Origin: an uncultured delta proteobacterium
Lineage (GTDB): Bacteria > Desulfobacterota > Desulfobacteria > Desulfobacterales > QNYZ01
Direction: 5' to 3'
Length of the DNA stretch: 64,000 nt
NCBI GenBank assembly: GCA_963845145.1
Contig: CAWJQU010000016.1
Span: forward strand, 32,001-96,000
Positions within the stretch are counted from its first letter, which is position 1; each line of letters opens with the position of its first letter. The notes beneath the pieces were generated by a model. That model searched no databases, was not told the DNA's origin, and saw only the letters and a list, made by a program, of their open reading frames with translations. Of the stretch, positions 58,794 to 64,000 are shown piece after piece. Made by a program: the position numbers and the translations under genes.

Positions 58794-59247
58794 AACTGAC
58801 CTCTGATCACGTTATAGGTCTTTCAAAATTGTATATAACGCTGATTGTAAGTCATTGTAAAATATGGCCACTATATTAAGTGTTAGGTCTAATTGGTAAC
58901 TGTCCAATCCAATCAGAATTTATGTGAAAAGATAATCACTTTTTTTATCGGTATCACCCCAAACTATTTGGCCACCAAAAGGCCGCAGTTTGATTTCTCG
59001 AGAGTATACGCCTTGGTATCGTATTGATAGATTGCGTAAAATCATTAAATATTTAAACAGTTTATAACATACCATAAAACCACCTTGAGGTTGACAAACT
59101 ATTAAGCCATTCCTATTTCATAGTAATGGCCGTTCTATTTATAAAATTCATTGGATCAAATTGTTGAATTCGAGATGCGTCTTGCTAAATCATCTCCTGA
59201 TAGCATTTGGAAAAAATGGGTCAACTATTAAAAGGCAGGAATAATCA

Positions 59248-61932
59248 ATGAGCGATGATCCTTTTGGCAATCCATCAGAAACGTCTGAGAAAAGCATAGC
59301 ACTCCGCGAATGGATGGACTCACTGGATTATGAGATCAATCAGGGGGACCCGCATTGGGTAAACCATTTGCTTGAGGCATTAAGGCAGCGGGCATTGGCC
59401 CGGGGTATTAAATTGCCATTTTCCGCCCATACGCCCTATGTCAATTCCATCGCCAAAGATGCGCAGCCTGCTTATCCGGGCAGCCGGGAGGTCGAAAGGC
59501 GTATTAAGAGTATTATTCGATGGAATGCCATGGCCATGGTGGTAAGGGCCAATCGTGTGGAAAATGGTATTGGTGGCCATATTTCCACCTATGCATCCAT
59601 TGCTACCTTGTACGAGGTAGGGTTTAATCATTTTTTCCGAGGACCTAAAACACCTGGAGGCGGAGATCTGGTTTATTTCCAGGGTCATGCTGCTCCGGGC
59701 AATTATGCCCGGGCCTTTTTAGAAAGCCGTTTATCGGTGGAAGACCTGAAAAATTTCAGGCACGAATTGCATGAGGGTGGCGGCTTGCCGTCTTATCCCC
59801 ATCCCTGGTTAAAGCCTGATTTTTGGCAATTCGCCACGGTTTCAATGGGGCTTGGCCCTATAATGGCCATCTACCAGGCACGGTTTAATCGCTATTTGGA
59901 GGATAGAGGACTCCAGAAGCCAAGCAATCGAAAGATCTGGTGTTTCATGGGTGACGGCGAGTCAGATGAGCCGGAATCTTTAGGTGCTATTTCGTTGGCC
60001 TCGAGAGAAAAGCTCGACAATCTCATTTTCGTCATAAATTGTAACCTCCAGCGTTTGGATGGACCGGTTAGAGGGAACGGCAGCATTATTCAAGAGTTGG
60101 AAACGGTTTTTCGCGGGGCAGGGTGGAACGTTATCAAGGTCCTCTGGGGTAGTGATTGGGATGAACTAATCGCCGGGGATTCGGATGGCCTGCTGGTCAA
60201 ACGCATGGGGGAAAATATTGACGGTGAACGGCAAAAATACATCGTCAAAGGCGGGGGCTACCTTCGCGAACATTTTTTTGGCGAGTATCCCGAACTCAAA
60301 GAACGCGTAGCACACCTATCCGATGAGCAGCTATGGCGGTTCCGACTGGGCGGGCATGATCCGGTGAAAGTATATGCAGCTTATAAACAGGCTGTAGCCC
60401 ATGAGGGAACACCCACTGTCATTCTGGCCAGAACCATAAAGGGTTACGGCCTTGGTGAAGCGGGTGAAGGAAAAAACATTACCCACCAGCAAAAAAAATT
60501 AAATGAACAGGAGCTCATAGAGTTTCGGTCCCGCTTCGGGATCCCAATTTCAGATGAAGAGATCGATACGGTTCCTTTTTATAAACCGAATGATGATAGT
60601 CCCGAGATGACCTACTTAAAATCCCGGCGCGAGGCGTTGGGCGGTTATTTACCATCTCGTGAAGTTGCCGTTGAACCACTAAAAAAAATGCCAACTTCTA
60701 TTTTTGAAGAGTTTTACAAAAGTAGCGAGCCACGAGAAGTGGCCACCACAATGGTTTTTGTTCGCCTTTTGTCAAAGCTGTTGCGGGAAGAAGAGATCGG
60801 AAAACTAATAGTTCCCATTATTCCCGACGAATCCCGAACATTTGGCATGGAAGCGCTTTTTAGACAAATTGGCATCTATTCGCATATGGGACAGTTGTAC
60901 GAACCGGTGGACAAGGAAAATTTATTATATTATCGCGAGGCCACAGATGGCCAGATCATTGAGGAGGGGATTACCGAAGCGGGTTCCATGTCTACTTTTA
61001 TCGCTGCGGGAACAGGGTATGCCAATCAGGGTATCCATACGATTCCATTTTTCATTTACTATTCCATGTTCGGGCTGCAGCGCATCGGCGACCTGACGTG
61101 GGCGGCGTGCGATATGCGCGCGCGCGGCTTTATGATCGGGGCTACAGCCGGTCGGACCACGTTGGCTGGCGAAGGGTTGCAGCATCAGGATGGGAACAGT
61201 CATCTATTTGCCTACCCCTACCCAACGCTAAGAGCCTATGATCCCGCTTTTGCATACGAGCTGGCCGTCATCATTCAGGACGGTTTGAATCGGATGTACG
61301 TGAACCAGGAGGATCTGATCTACTATCTTACCGTTACCAACGAAAACTATATTCAGCCGCCCATGCCAAAAGGGGTTGAAGAAGGCATCAAAAAAGGCAT
61401 GTATCGCTTTAAAGCATTCCGGCCGTCCAAAGGGCCGGCCACCGTCCATCTGATGGGTAGTGGCGCTATTTTGAATAAAGTATTGGAAGCAGCAACAATA
61501 CTTGTAGAAAAATATGGGCAAAATATAGATGTTTACAGTGTCACCAGTTATAAAGCGTTGCACCAGGATGCTCTCAAGGTCGAACGGTGGAATATACTCC
61601 ACCCAGAAGATTCTCCACGTCAAAGCTACCTGGAGAAACTTCTTGCTGGGGTCGAAGGGGTGTTCGTGGCGGCGACGGATTATGTCAAGACGCTTCCCGA
61701 GTCCATTTCAAAATGGTTGCCCGGTCCTCTAATATCACTGGGAACCGATGGATTCGGGAGAAGTGACGGGCGCCGGCATTTGCGCCGCTTTTTCGAGGTT
61801 GATGCCCGCTATATCACTTTGGCCGCGTTATCCGGGTTGGCCCGACAAGGGCGAATTGATCGTCTGGTAGTAAAAAAAGCCATCCGGGAGTTGGAAATCG
61901 ATCCAGAGAAGATTGATCCATTAATGGGTTAG
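59248..61932 (+). CDS. aceE: pyruvate dehydrogenase E1 (homodimeric type)
   Basis: IRWNAMAMV.RAN, GGHISTY, SYPHP, TVSMGLGP, GDGESDEPES, CNLQRLDGPVRGN, GEGLQHQDG, GTDGFGRSD. Confidence 0.97.
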   Translation: MSDDPFGNPSETSEKSIALREWMDSLDYEINQGDPHWVNHLLEALRQRALARGIKLPFSAHTPYVNSIAKDAQPAYPGSREVERRIKSIIRWNAMAMVVRANRVENGIGGHISTYASIATLYEVGFNHFFRGPKTPGGGDLVYFQGHAAPGNYARAFLESRLSVEDLKNFRHELHEGGGLPSYPHPWLKPDFWQFATVSMGLGPIMAIYQARFNRYLEDRGLQKPSNRKIWCFMGDGESDEPESLGAISLASREKLDNLIFVINCNLQRLDGPVRGNGSIIQELETVFRGAGWNVIKVLWGSDWDELIAGDSDGLLVKRMGENIDGERQKYIVKGGGYLREHFFGEYPELKERVAHLSDEQLWRFRLGGHDPVKVYAAYKQAVAHEGTPTVILARTIKGYGLGEAGEGKNITHQQKKLNEQELIEFRSRFGIPISDEEIDTVPFYKPNDDSPEMTYLKSRREALGGYLPSREVAVEPLKKMPTSIFEEFYKSSEPREVATTMVFVRLLSKLLREEEIGKLIVPIIPDESRTFGMEALFRQIGIYSHMGQLYEPVDKENLLYYREATDGQIIEEGITEAGSMSTFIAAGTGYANQGIHTIPFFIYYSMFGLQRIGDLTWAACDMRARGFMIGATAGRTTLAGEGLQHQDGNSHLFAYPYPTLRAYDPAFAYELAVIIQDGLNRMYVNQEDLIYYLTVTNENYIQPPMPKGVEEGIKKGMYRFKAFRPSKGPATVHLMGSGAILNKVLEAATILVEKYGQNIDVYSVTSYKALHQDALKVERWNILHPEDSPRQSYLEKLLAGVEGVFVAATDYVKTLPESISKWLPGPLISLGTDGFGRSDGRRHLRRFFEVDARYITLAALSGLARQGRIDRLVVKKAIRELEIDPEKIDPLMG

Positions 61933-61990
61933 GCTGCATTTTTTAAACGATACGATAATCATTGGCTCTGAAAAAAAAAGGAAGGTTGCT

Positions 61991-63310
61991 ATGATCACTG
62001 AAGCGACATTACCTGAACTGGGTGAAAACATACAAATGGGTGTTGTTGTCAATGTTTTGGTCAGTATCGGTGATAAGGTTGACGTCGATCAAGCGATCAT
62101 TGAAATTGAAACGGATAAGGCCGTTGTTGAAGTCCCATCTGAAATTTCCGGCGTTGTAACCGCTATCCATGTGGTGGAAGGTGACGAAATTAAGGTCGGG
62201 CAAAAAATGGTTTCCATCGAGGTGGAAAGCCCGGTGTCGGGTACGACAGATAAACCGGCTGCCGATAGGGAAATATCCATATCACCGCCTTCTTCTCAAA
62301 CACCAGATTCACCGGTGTCATCTCCAAAAACTATTCCTTTGAAAAAACAACATATAAATGCGCAGGAAGGGAAATCATTACGCGTAAAACCTGAAGATGT
62401 CGCCCCGGCGGCGCCCTCGGTACGCAGATTTGCAAGAGAGATAGGTGTGGATATAAATGCGCTGGTTGGAACCGGACCTGCTGGGCGAGTATCCATAGAA
62501 GATGTCAAGGCGTCTGCCCGAAAACAACAAGATCCTTATAATTCGTTTCAGGACGGGGCGGCCCGGATAGAGACTGGGACTGAGACTGAACCGCTGCCCG
62601 ATTTTACGAAATGGGGTGATATCGAAAGAGCACCCATGTCCATGATTCGAAAAAAAACGGCCCATCATTTGGCGTTTGCCTGGGCAACGATTCCTCAGGT
62701 TACCCAATTTGATCAGGCGAATATAACCGACATGGAGAAGTTTAGAAAAGATCATGGCGGCAAAGTGCAGGCAGCCGGCGGCAAGCTCACCGTTACTGCG
62801 ATTTTGATGAAGATCGTGGCCGGGGCAATGAGGGCTTTTCCGCGCATCAATGCCTCCGTGGATATGAAAAATCAAGAGATTATTTACAAAAAATACGTTC
62901 ATATCGGTGTCGCTGTGGATACGCCAAGGGGCTTGCTCGTTCCCGTTGTTCGGGATGTGGATAAAATGAATTTGATTGATATCTCGGTTGCTTTGAGCGG
63001 TTTGGCCGAAAAGGCAAGAAGCGGTAAATTAGGTATAAGCGATATGCAGGGCGGAAACTTTACCATTTCAAACCTGGGTGGGATAGGGGGGACGGCTTTC
63101 ACACCGATTGTCAATGCCCCGGAAGTGGCAATTCTCGGTATTTCACGATCATTTATGCAGCCAAACCTTATCGATGATCGTCTTCAGTCACGGTTGATGC
63201 TACCCCTATCGCTATCCTATGATCATCGCATTATCGACGGTGCCGAAGGGGCCCGCTTTTTGCGGTGGATTGTTGAAGCTATTGAACAACCGCTTTTGCT
63301 GGCACTTTAA
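61991..63310 (+). CDS. aceF: dihydrolipoamide acetyltransferase E2 (one lipoyl domain)
   Basis: IETDKAVVEVP, PAAPSVRRFARE, ISNLGGIGG, LSYDHRIIDGA. Confidence 0.95.
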   Translation: MITEATLPELGENIQMGVVVNVLVSIGDKVDVDQAIIEIETDKAVVEVPSEISGVVTAIHVVEGDEIKVGQKMVSIEVESPVSGTTDKPAADREISISPPSSQTPDSPVSSPKTIPLKKQHINAQEGKSLRVKPEDVAPAAPSVRRFAREIGVDINALVGTGPAGRVSIEDVKASARKQQDPYNSFQDGAARIETGTETEPLPDFTKWGDIERAPMSMIRKKTAHHLAFAWATIPQVTQFDQANITDMEKFRKDHGGKVQAAGGKLTVTAILMKIVAGAMRAFPRINASVDMKNQEIIYKKYVHIGVAVDTPRGLLVPVVRDVDKMNLIDISVALSGLAEKARSGKLGISDMQGGNFTISNLGGIGGTAFTPIVNAPEVAILGISRSFMQPNLIDDRLQSRLMLPLSLSYDHRIIDGAEGARFLRWIVEAIEQPLLLAL

Positions 63311-63350
63311 GGGTGGTAAGAAAAGTGAACGTCCGATCCGGAGAATGAAA

Positions 63351-64000
63351 ATGTCTGATCAAAAAGAAAAAGATCTGGTGGTTATCGGCGCCGGACCTGG
63401 CGGATATGCAGCCGCATTTTTAGCGGCGGATCTGGGAATGACTGTGACCATGGTGGATCCTGAAGCGAATCCCGGTGGTGTCTGCCTTTATCGTGGTTGT
63501 ATTCCCTCCAAAGCGTTGCTGCATGCTGCCCATTTATTGGATGTTAGCCAAAAGGCCCGGTCGTGGGGGATCACATTTCAGAAACCCGATGTGGATATCG
63601 ATCGTCTTCGGGAAAAGACAAGTGCGATCATAGAGAAACTGACCCAGGGGCTCGGCGGGCTTAGTCGTAAACGTAACATTGAAACTGTTCAGGGGAGGGC
63701 GCGGTTTAACAATTCAAACTCGGTAATAATCAGTCAGGGCGAAAAAGAAGAAAGGGCTCTCCGCTTCAAGAATGCGATCATCGCGACCGGTTCGTTGCCC
63801 GTTTCAATTCCGAACTTACCCGATAATGATCTGCGTATCATGGACTCGACGGCCGCATTGGCACTGGAATCGATACCTGAGACATTGCTGGTGGTCGGCG
63901 GTGGTTATATCGGGCTTGAGCTGGGTACGGTTTATGCCGCATTGGGCAGCCAGGTAAGCGTTGTGGAGATGATGCCCGGTCTGTTGTGGGGTGTTGATCG
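63351..64000 (+). CDS. lpdA: dihydrolipoamide dehydrogenase E3 (partial, runs off window end)
   Basis: Manual translation MSDQKEKDLVVIGAGPGGYAAAF...GGVCLYRGCIPSKALL...IIATGS...VVGGGYIGLE. Confidence 0.95.
   Translation, partial: MSDQKEKDLVVIGAGPGGYAAAFLAADLGMTVTMVDPEANPGGVCLYRGCIPSKALLHAAHLLDVSQKARSWGITFQKPDVDIDRLREKTSAIIEKLTQGLGGLSRKRNIETVQGRARFNNSNSVIISQGEKEERALRFKNAIIATGSLPVSIPNLPDNDLRIMDSTAALALESIPETLLVVGGGYIGLELGTVYAALGSQVSVVEMMPGLLWGVD

Overview
The window looks like chromosome from an anaerobic deltaproteobacterium, probably Desulfobacterales-like (inferred from gene content and protein style only). It has four blocks. (1) 1-24.3 kb, minus strand: a type VI secretion cluster with all 13 core genes (tssJKLM-tagF-tssABC-tagJ-tssEFGH-hcp-vgrG plus a DUF2169-like gene), headed by two uncharacterised genes: a Cys-rich protein with four ETIIV repeats and a TagH-C-like protein lacking an FHA domain. 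(2) 24.5-37.4 kb: housekeeping genes (hisB, hisA, dnaG, rpoD, tRNA-CAT, Nif3-like, C4 zinc-ribbon protein, rnpB, a large HPr-domain fusion, ispD), then a PLP dehydratase and a subtilase with a small upstream propeptide-like gene. (3) 38.8-58.2 kb: a 16-gene catabolic operon (biotin carrier, carboxyltransferase, acyl-CoA dehydrogenase, class III CoA transferase, GntR, split B12 acyl-CoA mutase with a remodelled active site, hydantoinase/oxoprolinase A+B, aryl-acetate CoA ligase, xanthine-dehydrogenase-family molybdoenzyme, TRAP transporter). Its enzyme set mirrors the anaerobic indole-3-acetate (iaa) pathway but adds a biotin decarboxylase-type module. It has a perfect palindromic operator and two octamer-repeat fold-back elements. 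(4) 58.2-64 kb: yceI and aceE-aceF-lpdA. Caveat: at least nine single-base frameshifts (tssA, tssM x2, zinc ribbon, HPr fusion x3, ispD, propeptide-like gene) are most simply explained as sequencing indels. All calls come from manual motif recognition, and no database searches were run.
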